A stretch of 64,000 nt of DNA from Octopus vulgaris (GCA_951406725.2 OX597820.1:7688001-7752000); one strand, 5' to 3'. Shown: positions 1 to 13,060, counted from the stretch's first letter. A program made the numbers and translations. Notes: generated by a model from the letters alone, not told the origin.

Positions 1-13
1 ATATATATATATA

Positions 14-350
14 AGTTACCCCAACTGCAGAACGGGACGCCACTGCATGGTACCAAAGATTCCAACATCACCATCAAAATACAGGTCCAGATACTGCAAC
101 AGCTTGGGTTTCAGAGGACCACAGCTCTTTAACATCCTCCCTAAATGCCTGAGAGACTTACATGGTGTGGATGTGGGTTTATTTAAAACTAAACTGGATC
201 TCTTCTTGTCGGGAGTCCCAGATGAACCTACCTCACGACAGGAGACGCAGATGTGGGCAGCAGCGTCGAACTCCCTTGTTGATCAAGTGCCACGTATCAG
301 AGGTGGATTCACATATTAGTGTAGCTCATTCAGCGGTGGTGCCCCAGCAT
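14..350 (+). mobile_element. 3' end of CR1/L2-group LINE (ORF2 C-terminus plus start of 3'UTR)
   Basis: ORF 47..319 reads NSLGFRGPQLFNILPKCLRD..VGLFKTKLDLFLSGVPDEP, matching the WNxLP...FKxxLD C-terminal signature of CR1/L2-group ORF2; followed by 3'UTR ggtggtgccccagcat. Confidence 0.7.
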
Positions 351-395
351 AGATAGACAGATAGATAGTAGATAGATAGATATATAGATAGATAT

Positions 396-472
<77 letters not shown>

Positions 473-560
473 TAGATAGATAGATATATCTATATATATA
501 TAGAGAGAGAGATAGAGAGATATATCTATATATATATATAGATATATATAAAGATATATA

Positions 561-720
561 TACTTTGATACTTTGATACTTTGATAGGTTTCGGCCATTA
601 TTGGCCCAGGCCATGTCTAACTTAATAGCACCACCTGGTGAAGTCTTTCAAGTCAGAATTTGGGCACTATGGCCCACTCAAGTAGAGAGTTATTGTTTAC
701 AGAGACATATCCGAAGATAT
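561..720 (-). mobile_element. 3' terminus of a related LINE with (ATCAAAGT)n tail
   Basis: Minus strand gives [14 protein letters not shown] (compare ASNSLVDQ in ORF 47..319), then a ggtggtgct..catggcc..gaaac UTR and three 8-bp tail repeats at 561-586. Confidence 0.45.
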
Positions 721-726
721 ATATAG

Positions 727-757
<31 letters not shown>

Positions 758-827
758 GGATATATAGATATATATATATATCTATAGATATATAGATATA
801 GATATTTATATATATATATATATATAT

Positions 828-858
<31 letters not shown>

Positions 859-876
859 TTTATATATAGATTTTAT

Positions 877-980
<104 letters not shown>

Positions 981-1569
981 TTCGACACGTTATTCTTTTA
1001 GTGACCGGAATGACGTAAATGAAAATTTGGTGATTTTTAATGGAGTGAGCAGCAAGAAATCGGAGCTTTTGTGTCGCCCGGGAGAAATGCATGTTTAGAA
1101 TTTTAGGTAAAGAGGTATGGATGGTGGAGACAGTGTTTCTAGTTTGATAGACTTACTTGTATGTATGTGTGTGTGTCTGTATGTGAGTGTGTGCTTTGCG
1201 TTGTGTATATGTATATACACATTAAGAAGTATGCATGTTTTCGCGTACGATAGTAGATTCATGTTCCAGGTGACAATATGACTTGAATCACGTGACACCG
1301 TGTTTAATAAGTTAATGCATAAACTGCGTAGCACTTGATCCTATAACAGGATATTTTCTATCTTCCCCCCTCTTTGCCTTTGATGAGTGAATTGTCTTTG
1401 AGATGGTAACGAAACAGAGAAAGTCAGGAAGGCAGCAAATGTGCTAGAAACAGAGAGAAACAGAGAGAGAGAGAGAATCTGAGAGAGAAGGAAATGTATT
1501 TAACGAGAACGGAGCCATATATACATGTGGGTGCATGTATGTACTTATATGCACATGCCTGTTTGTATG

Positions 1570-1810
<241 letters not shown>

Positions 1811-2488
1811 GTGTGTAAATGTAATCCATCTGGTGTGTTCTATCGTTGCCTGTTGATGTTCATTTACCAGGCTATAAATCTCGCTCGCTTTTACATCCTG
1901 CCTTTCTTTATTAGACTAAGGAACTACATATTACTGTGTTGTAAGCGCTTGAATTTAATCCCAAACCTAGCATTGGATCATTAGCAATATCCTGTCGACA
2001 TGTGTGGCCATTAGTTATTACTGTACGTGTGTGTGTGGAGCGGTGGATGAAGTGTCGTTGAAGGAAATGTTATGAACGTTACAGCAATTTGTGGTTGTGA
2101 AGCGTGGATATAATGACGATTATCTCATTAGGATGTGTTAACAATTAACACTGTTATTATCTAAAGGCAAATTATACGTAACGCGGGACTAGATTTCACA
2201 GGTAGATATGGTGTAGGTTGTACTTATAGTGTTAGGCCGTATGTAATTGATAATAATTTATAATAATAAATATAGTAATTACAACTATTTCAGTCAGCCA
2301 AGAGGCCACTACAGGGTCGCTCGAAGGATTAGGCATAGCAGCTAAATACCGTTCACCCCACTGTATTAAATCTAGAAGGGCACATTGAATAATTTAGTCC
2401 TTGATGTACTATACCTGGTGGGGATGCCCAAATATACTAGAAGTTTGGGAGCTGTAGGAAAATGTAAGCGCCAAAGTATTAGGAATGA

Positions 2489-2905
2489 GGCGTAGGAGTG
2501 ACTGTGTGATAAATAGCTTGCTTACGAACCACATGGTTCCGGGTTCAGTCCCACTGCGTGGCACCTTGGGCAAGTGTCTTCTACTGTAGCCTCGGGCCGA
2601 CAGAAGCCTTGTGAGTGGATTTGGTAGACGGAAACTGAAAGAAGCCTGTCGTATATATGAATATATATATGTGTGTGTGTGTGTGTATGTGTTTGTGTGT
2701 CTGTGTTTGTCCCCCCAACATCGCTTGACAACCGATGCTGATGTGTTTACGTCCCCGTCACATAGCGGTTCGGCAAAAGAGACCGATAGAATAAGTACTA
2801 GGCTTACAAAGAATAAGTCTTGGGGTCGATTTGCTCGACTAAAGGCGGTGCTTCAGCATGGCCGCAGTCAAAATGACTGAAACAAGTAAAAAAGTAAGTA
2901 AAAGA
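2489..2905 (+). mobile_element. SINE family A (tRNA-derived head, CORE-like segment, internal (TA)/(TG) tract)
   Basis: A/B-box-like head (gggttcagtccc), CORE-like accttgggcaagtg, tail gaaacaagtaaaa(ga)n; 7 copies in the window. Confidence 0.9.
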
Positions 2906-3109
2906 AGTTAATTGAAGAACAATCTGCCGAACAGGTGGACAACCTGATTATTCCAGTGTCCAACGGATTAACCCATTTAAGGCACTAAATATTTTTTTTA
3001 ATGCTTCAATCAAAGTATTTCACAATGCGCGACCAGTTTCACTTTCTGTGACATAAAGGTAGAGAATTCCATTCTAGGCAAATATTTCTTTAAAGCGTTC
3101 TAGTATACA

Positions 3110-3509
3110 CTCTCTTTACTCTTTTACTTGTTCCAGTCATTTGACTGCGGCCATGCTGGAGCACCGCCTTTAGTCGAGCAAATCGACCCCAGGACTTATT
3201 CTTTGTTAGCCCAGTACTTATTCTATCGGTCTCTTTTGCCGAACCGCTAAGTAACGGGGACATAAACACACCAGCATCGGTTGTCAAGCAATGCTAGGGG
3301 GACAAACACAGACACACAAATACACACACATATATATACATATATACGACAGGCTTCTTCCAGTTTCCCTCTACCAAATCCACTCACAAGGCTTTGGTCG
3401 GTCCGAGGCTATAGTAGAAGACATTTGCCCAAAGTGCCACGCAGTGGGACTGAACCCGGAACCACGTGGTTCGTAAGCAAGCTACTTACCACACATCCAC
3501 TCTTGCGCC
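3110..3509 (-). mobile_element. SINE family A
   Basis: Near-identical reverse complement of 2489-2905. Confidence 0.9.
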
Positions 3510-4054
3510 TATACTTCACCAAAAACAAAACTCGTTTAAAATTTTAAACATTGTTTGTGGAGTAGTTTTGTTGTAGTGAGTAAATAGAATTAGCATTATA
3601 CGGGTAGGACTATATTATGGCAATTAGTGGATATGTGGAATACAAGAAAACGACAATCTCTTCAGCGCCAAGCATTGTACCAAATTGTTTTTTTGCTATA
3701 ACAGCAGCGCTAAAATGGTTACCAAAATGTATGAAATTCACAAGAAAGAACATTTGGAAATCTCATGCTTAAAGTGTCACTCTAGCTCTGGCAGAGAGAA
3801 CTCGTACTGTTGCCATAAGGCCGCGATTAATGAATTCCTTTGTGATATTGGCACATTTAGAAGGATTGGGTAAGGTAGGTTCTGTGTCAAAGAAAAATGC
3901 TTGTTCATAAGTAATTTATTTTTATACCTTTTCTATCAGGAGAGAAGGGCATTACCGTTGACTCTCTGTTGATCCTCCGTCACTTGTGGGGGGAAGGGAG
4001 GATTGCTTCCAGCAGAGTGGATACCGCTAGAGGCAGCAAGGGACCTAGAAGTGG

Positions 4055-4345
4055 GGTTAAATTGTCTGATGGGTTAATTTTACCGCCCAAATAGGCCGAA
4101 GACAAAGAGCGATTTGAACTCCAAACGTAAAGAGGCAGTACAAAGATTGCAATGTATCCCGTGTAATTTTCCTCTTCCATTTCACAAACTTATCATCTCA
4201 GTTCCTTGTACTTTTTGGTCAAACCTTAATAGATGAAAAACAAGGTTGACCTCGGCGAGATTTGAGATCAGGAAACGATGACTCCGAATAGATACCACCA
4301 GGCATCCTGTTCAGTGTTCTGACGATTTTGCCAGTTGGCCACCAG
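4055..4345 (-). mobile_element. Two degenerate SINE family B fragments
   Basis: aaggttgacctcggcgagatttgag and gatttgaactccaaacgtaa resemble the reverse complement of family B. Confidence 0.5.
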
Positions 4346-4708
4346 GATACATTTCCGGAATTTAAGCAATGAAAGAGTTGTAAGACTCAGAGAAGTATCT
4401 AGAACAAATATGGCTGCCAATGCTGTGACTTCGGGGTCCATATTTACTATCTTTTACGTAATGGTGGCAGCTTTAGATTAAAAAGGATGAAAATATATTT
4501 TGTGAGAGGACTTTAAACAACTAAATGAATAGTAGGTGTGTGTGGTGGGGTTGAAGTTTAATTAGTAATTAACTCCGAGTGTGCAGCTGGTTTATTTGCA
4601 ACAACACAAGTATATTGTGTGTGTATATATATATATATACATATATATACATATATATACATATATATATATACATATATATACATATATATATATATAC
4701 ATATATAC

Positions 4709-4759
<51 letters not shown>

Positions 4760-4770
4760 CACCTATATAC

Positions 4771-4801
<31 letters not shown>

Positions 4802-4818
4802 CATATATATACATATAT

Positions 4819-4860
<42 letters not shown>

Positions 4861-5712
4861 GCTAAAGTATTAGCGTATATATATATATATACACACACAT
4901 ACATACACACAAACATATATATATATATATATATATATACATACATACACGCATACCTATAAGATAGTGAATATTTAAATTAGGGGAGGAGTCATTTGTG
5001 ATGGGATTGGTTATTGTTATTCTTGTGGTTGTGTAAGCCCCACCTTCTTCCCAGTCCATCCTTGGTCGAGGGAACCAATGATCAAAGTACCGCCATCTAA
5101 GACATCGCCTTTCTCTTTGAAGCAAAGTATATCTAGGGCAACATTATCTAACTTGTTCTTTCTTAAAAAAATTAAGGCAAAACCTTTACGTCGTGTCTTG
5201 AAGATTCGGCTTCTAATTTTAGCAAGTCGATCGACCGCATCAAAACTCCCGGTGAGTTGGTTAACACACTAGTCTCTTATGAAATTAGTGTTCTACGTTG
5301 GTATTGTTTACTATTATTTGTTGCTGTTGCTCTTGTTGTTGTTGCTGTCAGTATTGTGAAAGGAGGTCAGGTTGGACAGTGACTCCTCTCATTAATATAA
5401 TTGGTGATTAATTTCATTTCTAATCTCTCCACGAATCTCTACTCCACATCATAACCTCTGGTGATTTCTCTCATTTCACTTCCCACTTCTATCATTGTCC
5501 TCTTATCATAAGTGATTCACACACACACACACACACACATTCACACATTCACCTACATACTCACAAACAACGCAGCACACGCGCGCGCACGGAAGCCTCG
5601 CAGTTATTTTTTTGGGAGATGTCCTACTTGTGATTTATATATTGCGTATAAGAGTCTATGTGGAGAGTGCGTGCGTCTGTGTGCAGGTATTTATACACAC
5701 AAACACACACAC

Positions 5713-5764
<52 letters not shown>

Positions 5765-5765
5765 G

Positions 5766-5816
<51 letters not shown>

Positions 5817-5905
5817 ATATATACATATATATGAGAGTGTGTGTATGCATGTACATGCATATATACATATATATATATATATATATGTGTGTATACATAT
5901 ATATG

Positions 5906-5936
<31 letters not shown>

Positions 5937-5951
5937 ATATGTATGTATATA

Positions 5952-6000
<49 letters not shown>

Positions 6001-6072
6001 TATATATATATGTATACATATATATGTCTATATATGTGTGTGTGCGTGTATGTATATGTATGTGTATACATA

Positions 6073-6105
<33 letters not shown>

Positions 6106-6120
6106 ATATGTATGTATATA

Positions 6121-6192
<72 letters not shown>

Positions 6193-6255
6193 TATATATA
6201 TGTATACATATATATGTCTATATATGTGTGTGTGCGTGTATGTATATGTATGTGT

Positions 6256-6299
<44 letters not shown>

Positions 6300-6303
6300 A
6301 TTA

Positions 6304-6340
<37 letters not shown>

Positions 6341-6702
6341 TTATTTATACGATAATCACGGTCAGAAAGCCAGAAGGCCCAATATTCTAAGAAATACTCA
6401 TCCATTTTATAATGCAGAGTTGATGAATGGATTTTGAGTTAAGCCGACGGACGGGTCGTCTCTCTCCATTACACGCGTAATACGTACGGATATAGATGTG
6501 CGCGCACACGCACACACACACACACTTGCAGACGTGTACACGCACGCACATTGTTCGTCTGTAGCTAAACTGCAGCCACAGATTCCTGCAAGTATCCAGA
6601 TAATCGGACACAAGCTTCTGTGTATTTTCCCTGTATTCGAAACACAAGGTAGTGGAATGTGCTCTAATCTGTCATTGAGGCTTGTTTATTTTTATCTCCC
6701 TG

Positions 6703-6966
6703 CCCGAGGTTACCGTGGTCTTTTCTGTAGGCTTTTCTTTCCACGGATGAACCTAATCTTGTTTGTAACTTTGAAAAAAGAGAAAATTTTCTTTCTGTGA
6801 TACACGATCCCTTTTGATCGCTTTTTTTTCTTCCGATCCCTTTTGATCGAAATTTTACATTTGTTTCGTTTTTTTTTTTCCTTTTCCTTTTCCATCTTCG
6901 AAAAGAAAAGCTCTACATTTGTAATTGTTCCCTCTGTGTCCAGCCCTGTGTGGCCAATAAAGAAAG
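6703..6966 (+). mobile_element. Retroposon (probable LINE) 3'UTR fragment, family F
   Basis: Second copy at about 48408-48690 on minus (ccgaggttaccgtggtcttttc...gatccc..ttgatcg...ccctgtgtgg..aataaa). The tail resembles the SINE B tail. Confidence 0.65.
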
Positions 6967-7450
6967 TTATCTTGCCATGGAACGGATTAGCAAAATTACT
7001 GCGATTACACATCGAAATTAGCTCTGTTCATTTTTACTATTTATTTATATATTCTCAATTCTCAACTCCACGTGGCTTGGTTTATATTTCTCTGTCATAC
7101 AACAATTTACCAGTTTTGAATAATTACTAGATATGGTGGCTCTGACGAAGACAGGTGATGCTGTGTCGCTATGCTCAGCTATGACGGACAGTTTTGTTTT
7201 TTCTGCTGCTTTTTAATAAAGCATATCACTCTGGCTCTGGTATTCGAGTACTATTTTTTTCACCTTGTTTCGCATTTATATGCTTGTACAAAACTAACAT
7301 ATGTATTAGTATAAGGCTCAGGAATTGAAAAAGTCTTTTATATATATATATATAACGGGAAGGTTTACGAAAATAAACAAAAGACGAAGGCAGGTGGAGT
7401 ACAAAGAAACAATGTATTAGTATGGCGCTCAGGAATAGAAATAAAACAAG

Positions 7451-7488
7451 TCTTTTACGTTTCGAGCCTACGCTCTTCGACAGAAAGA
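7451..7488 (-). ncRNA. Minimal type I hammerhead-like motif, variant core
   Basis: Minus: tcttt-CTGTCGAA-GAGC gtag GCTC-GAAA-CG-TA-aaaga. Stems I and II are perfect; core A6 is substituted. Confidence 0.5.
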
Positions 7489-7808
7489 TACACAGAAAAG
7501 AAACAAGGAGAGAAAAAAATTGCGTGTATGCATATATATATATATATGCATATATGCGTACAGGAGGTCACCAACGGTTCAAACATGAAATATGTAAACA
7601 ACGAGAAAAAAATTAAGAACAGAACAAGCAAACACAGAGAAAGGACCTTTTATCAATTGTCGGCTGTCTATCTACTCCTCATTTCGAGCATTCACCGACA
7701 ATATGAGTCTTCAAAAACAGTTGCGCCCATGTATTCTAAAATAAATTTTTTACTTTTCAAAAATTCCAATTCTAAAGGGTCGAAACAAACCCAAGCAATA
7801 TATATATA

Positions 7809-7866
<58 letters not shown>

Positions 7867-8086
7867 ATAATATATATATATATATATACCTGTAAATATA
7901 TATATATACTTGTATATACATATATATAGCCATATATATATATATATATATATGTGCGTGGAGGGATTCTTATGGTTCTTTTACACATATGATATTATTA
8001 ACATTGGTTAACATTCAAAGTACTTGTACGCTTGTATACACACATCGCATGTACTTACATGTATGTTCAACTATGTGTGTATACGC

Positions 8087-8119
<33 letters not shown>

Positions 8120-8159
8120 TGTGTGTCAGTGTGTGTGCACATCTGAAATATGAACTCGT

Positions 8160-8420
8160 ATCAATAACAAGGTCACAATGGCTGTACACTACTCTAAACA
8201 GACGATGTCTGCGTTGGTACTGTTGCGACCAGTGGCTATTTGCATATTAATATAAGTTATAAAGAAGTTACCTGTAGCTCAGCTTATTACGGTTACCTGC
8301 CACATAGACTGCATAACTACAAGTTAATTGATAAGTTAGAAAGAACGCCATAGAGGCAACTCCGCTTGTTACGAGGATACACTCTAAAAAAGAAAAACGT
8401 CTGGATATTAATAAGTTGTA
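8160..8420 (+). mobile_element. Possible highly degenerate LTR-retrotransposon integrase remnant
   Basis: Cross-frame translation WLFAY/NISYKEVTCSSAYYGYLP loosely resembles the integrase LFAYNT..TG.SP..YGR.P motif. Confidence 0.25.
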
Positions 8421-8628
8421 CAGAAGCGCTTACAGTCAGCTCTCATTATTTCGGTTTTCTGCAAAGTAATATGAATAGAAATGTGTGATTATTACTATAT
8501 ATATATATATATACAAAAATACATATGAATATATGTATAAGTAGATATGTATATAAGCACCCACATGTATGTATGTATATGTTTTAGTGTATGTGTATGT
8601 ATCTGTATGAATATGAACGTAGATAGAC

Positions 8629-8720
<92 letters not shown>

Positions 8721-9229
8721 GATACAGAGATAGATAGATAGATAGGTAGATAGGTAGATAGATGGATAGATGGATCTTCCTTGTTCATTTTACCCTAAGC
8801 AGATTCTAAATAATTATGTGGTAACAAAGAATCGATATGAAAGAACTTAAACACAGCTCTGCCCATCTGGGTACCAAGGAAGGGGTGGAAAGAACTATTC
8901 TTTTGTCCATTGTTATATACTAGAAGAGGTTAGGAGAAAGTAGGATATTCTAATACAAGTGGCCATGTAGCTAAATCTATGGGGGGAAATGCGGTGAGAT
9001 ACAGGAAAATAAAGTATGGTAGAGGCATACAGGTAGATAGGTATGTTGGTAGTTATATAGATAGATAGATAGAGGTATGTAGGTAGATAGGTAGAAGCGT
9101 ACAGGTAGATAGGAAGAGGTGTATAGGTAGATTGGTAGAGGCATAAAGGTAGATATGTATATTGGTAGAGTTATAAAGGTAGAGGTATGTAGGTAGAGAT
9201 AAGCAGACAGGTAGTGGTATATAGATTAA

Positions 9230-9643
9230 GGCGGCGAGCTGGGAAAATAGCGCGCCGGGCGAAATGCTTAGCGGTATTTCGTCTGCCGCTACGTTCTGAG
9301 TTCAAATTCCGCCGAGGTCGACTTTGCCTTTCATCCTTTCGGAGTCGATAAATTAAGTACCAGTTACACACTGGGGTCGATGTAATCGACTTAATCCGTT
9401 TGTCTGTACTTGTTTGTCCTCTCTGTGTTTAGACCCTTGTGGGTAGTAAAGAAATAGATATTTCGTCTGCCGTTACGTTCTGAGTTCAAATTCCCCCGAG
9501 GTCGACTTTGCCTTTCATCCTTTCGGAGTCGACAAATTAAGTACCAGTTACGCACTGGGGTTGATATAATCGACTTAATCCCTTTGTTTGTCCTTGTTTG
9601 TCCCCTCTGTGTTTAGCCCCTTGTGGGCAGTAAATAAATAGAA
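9230..9643 (+). mobile_element. SINE family B, full copy (9230-9454) plus tandem partial copy (about 9460-9643)
   Basis: Head ggcggcgagctgg..gagttcaaattcc (A/B boxes), body gcctttcatcctttcgg.gtcgat, tail ccccttgtggg..aataaagaaa. Confidence 0.9.
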
Positions 9644-9732
9644 ATAGGTAGATAAGTAGATAGCTGTATATAGTTAGATAGGTAGAGGTAGATAGTTAAA
9701 TTCATATAAGCACACATAAACACTTACACATC

Positions 9733-10298
9733 TTTTATCTTTGATCTTTAATTCATGTTTCAGTCATTAGACTGCGACCATGCTGGGGCACCACCTTGAA
9801 TTTTTTGTCGAATTAATCGACTCCAGAACTTATTTTTTGAGTCTTGTACTTATTCTATCGATCTCTTTTGCCGAACCGCCAGTTAACGGATGAACGTAAG
9901 CACACCAACACTGGTTGTCAAGCGGTGATGGAAGACAAATACGGACACAAAAACACACATATAGATACATATACATATACATGACGTGCCTCTTTCACTT
10001 ACCGTTTACCAGATCCAGTCAGATCTATCTATCTATCTATGTATCTACGTTCATATACATACAGATACATACACATACACTAAAACATATACATACATAC
10101 ATGTGGATGTTTATATACACATCTACTTATACATATACTCATATGTATTTTTGTATATATATATAGTAATAATCACACAGTCAGAAGGGTTTGCTTGGTC
10201 CGAGGCTACAGAAGATACTTGCTCAAGGTACATTGCAGTGGGTGTGAACCCGGAACCATGTGGCTGGGAAGTAAGTGTCTTACCACACAGCTACGCCT
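9733..10298 (-). mobile_element. SINE family A, diverged copy with expanded internal microsatellite
   Basis: Matches the family A tail (tttcagtcattagactgcgaccatgctggggcacc) and head (gaacccggaaccatgtgg). Confidence 0.8.
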
Positions 10299-10363
10299 GT
10301 ATATATACATATATATTGGGTCATCCTATAAATAATGCAGCTTTTTCAATTGCATGAACTAAA

Positions 10364-10584
10364 AGCTGGCAGAATCGTTAGCACGCCGGGCGAAATGCGT
10401 AGCCGTATTTCGTCTGCCGTTACGTTCTGAGTTCAAATTCCGCCGAGGTCGACTTTGCCTTTCATCCTTTAGGGGTCGATTAAATAAGTACCAGTTACGC
10501 ACTGGGGTCGATATAATCGACTTAATCCGTTTGTCTGTCCTTGTTTGTCCCCTCTGTGTTTAGCCCCTTGTGGGGAGTAAAGAA
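10364..10584 (+). mobile_element. SINE family B
   Basis: High identity to the other B copies; abuts a Penelope remnant. Confidence 0.9.
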
Positions 10585-10585
10585 G

Positions 10586-11385
10586 TATATGTTCTGCTTG
10601 AGCATGTTGGTAGAGCACTGACGAGCCTTTCTCTTCTGTGAGATCTCGCCAGTGTACACCTATACGTTCCCCTATGCTGCGTGATGTCTCTCCAATGTAT
10701 GCAGTTTTCATGTTTCTGCACCATCTGTCAATACATCGTAAACTATACACTATATCCTTAATCTTACAGTTAACCTGTGGGTTCATCCTACATACAATTG
10801 TTCTCCTTACATGGGGACTTATCGAAGGGATAAATTCTACAGATCAGGGATTTTAAGGGGGCACCAGGACTTTCTACTACTTTAATCCGTATATTGACCT
10901 TATCTACTGTTTTTCCTAAAAAGGTATGCTAGTTCTGCACCAGGGTTAGCATCAACGAACATAACACTCTGGTATTTTTTGTTGTCATACCATGAGTTGA
11001 CCTTATCTATCTTTTTTCTAGTTCTTTCTGGGTTGTTCCTGGATTTACTCCTGTATAGCCAGCAAATCCCGTTAGCATCTCTTTGAACTTAGCCTGATTC
11101 TTTTGCACACTCTTATGTCCCTCTGTTTATAGCCAGAGAATTCCATGCGGTGGATGAAGTGTTGTATGTGTCGTCCCAGTTCCATTGGGTCGCACATGCG
11201 AGACACATTTCTCATCACTCTCACCAAATGTGCTATAATAATATAGAACTCGGCGTTGTACGCAATAGCTGTGTTCTTGTGGACCAGGTATTTAGAAGCC
11301 ACGGATTTGGTATAATGGGAGTGAAGGATCTGGACAACTGTCCTTGGTTTCCAGCCTTGGTTTCCAGAGTTTCGTATATTTAAAC
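10586..11385 (-). mobile_element. Penelope-like element remnant (GIY-YIG endonuclease region)
   Basis: ORF 10469..10786 DIVYSLRC..C..AYIGETSRSIGERIGVH..SSVLYQH is a GIY-YIG signature; ORF 11072..11401 resembles the post-RT region. Confidence 0.8.
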
Positions 11386-11448
11386 TTAAATATGTGACCA
11401 TTGAGTGTGATTTTGGCTACTAAGTATATTTATTACATAATTGGTATA

Positions 11449-11862
11449 CAGGAGTGGCTGTGTGGTAAGTAGCTTGTTTACCAACCACATGGTTCCGGGT
11501 TTAGTCCCACTGCGTGGCACCTTGGGCAAGTGTCTTCTGCTATAGCCTCGCGCCGACCAAAGCCTTGTGAGTGGATTTGGTAGATGGAAACTGAAAGAAG
11601 CCCGTCGTATATATGTATATATATATGTATATGCGTGTGTGTGTTTGTGTGTCTGTGTTTGTCCCCCTAGCATTGCTTGACAACCGATGCTGGTGTGTTT
11701 ATGTCCCCGTTACTTAGCGGTTCGGCAAAAGAGACCGATAGAATAAGTACTGGGCTTACAAAAGAATAAGTCCCGGGGTCGAGTTGCTCGATTAAAGGCG
11801 GTGCTCCAGCATGGCTGCAGTCAAATGACTGAAACAAGTAAAAAAGTAAAAGAGTAAAAGAG
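11449..11862 (+). mobile_element. SINE family A
   Basis: High identity to 2489-2905. Confidence 0.9.
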
Positions 11863-11904
11863 GAGTTCAACATACCATCAAAAATTTTACTATTTTTTAC
11901 AGGT

Positions 11905-13060
11905 AGTTAGTGTTGGGGACCCTCATAATGTTGCGAACGCCAAAAGAAATTGCATATGTGGCCGAAGCATACTTCACCAGCCAAAGATGCACCGTTGCAA
12001 CCCAAATAAAGTTCCGACTCCATTTTAGAAAGCGATAGGTGATCCTGCGTGCTTATACAAACTTCCGTAAAACAAGAAAACTCACCAGATCGACCTCGAA
12101 CATCCCCTCGAAGTGCAGAGGACTGGCAAAGTGTAGGCAAGGCTACTGAACAAAGTGCCTCGAGGTTTATGCGTCGATTGACTCAATAGTAGAATATTTC
12201 GTGAACGAATCAGAAAGATTTTGTAACAAGACCTACACTTGTCTCCATGTAAGACACGGCAATTGCTCGTACCAGATAAGGTGCAAAGAAAAACTTTTAG
12301 TATTTGGTTTGTCAATATGGGCAGGGAGGAAGAAGGTTTTATCTTTCACTTGATCACATCAGATGAAGCTCATCTTAACGTTTCTAGTTATGTTAATAAA
12401 CAAAATTGTAGGTTTTGGGGATGTGAAAGTCCTCAAATCATGCAATGAAAGGCCTCTGCCCAGTGAGAGGGTTACAATGTGGTGCGGGTAACTAATGCAT
12501 TGAATTGGCCCTTCCATTTTTGAGGACGGACATAGTGTAGGTATAATGATAACTACCGACCGCTACTACAATATGCTGAAGACCTTCTTTCCCAAGTTGC
12601 AAAGAGTTGCCCTGACACAGATGGTGCCACTAGTCATGCAGCATGACTGTCAATGACAACACTTCCAGAACAATTTCCCGAACATCTCATTTCGAGATCT
12701 GACCATCCAGATCACCAAATCTAACCCCAGTGGGCTACTTTCTGGTGGAGTTACCTCAAGGATAGAGTATACGCAAGAAAGTCCCATACAGCAGCAGAAC
12801 TAAAGTAAAGCATTTGTAGAGAGAGTGCAGCCATTCCAGTTGATGTGCGAAGTCGCAGTGTGCTTGATATGAGAAAGCGAGCTCATGAATGTTCCCTTCA
12901 TGGTAGAGACCATCTTCAGGATATAAGATGCAAATCTTAAATAAATATGTTGAACTGTGTATCAGTTATGTAATCAGTATATTTGGTTGTCGATGTCATT
13001 TTTATAATCCAAGATATTTGCATTTAAAATGTGTCTCATCACCATGGCCCACCCGGTATA
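11905..13060 (+). mobile_element. Degenerate Tc1/mariner-superfamily transposase pseudogene
   Basis: ITSDEAHLNVSSYVNKQNCRFWG, then across frameshifts DGATSH, PSRSPNLTP..YF and YLKDRVY, i.e. DDE catalytic motifs; TIR-like end ggcccacccggtata near 13046-13060. Confidence 0.8.

Noticed and set aside
2522-3547. Recurrent similar ORFs ([26 protein letters not shown]) resembling a gene family
   Set aside because: They are chance reading frames of SINE A copies.
3703-3869. Possible coding exon (tttgctataacag ... gg/gtaagg)
   Set aside because: Splice-like signals only; the peptide is unrecognisable and no partner exons were found.
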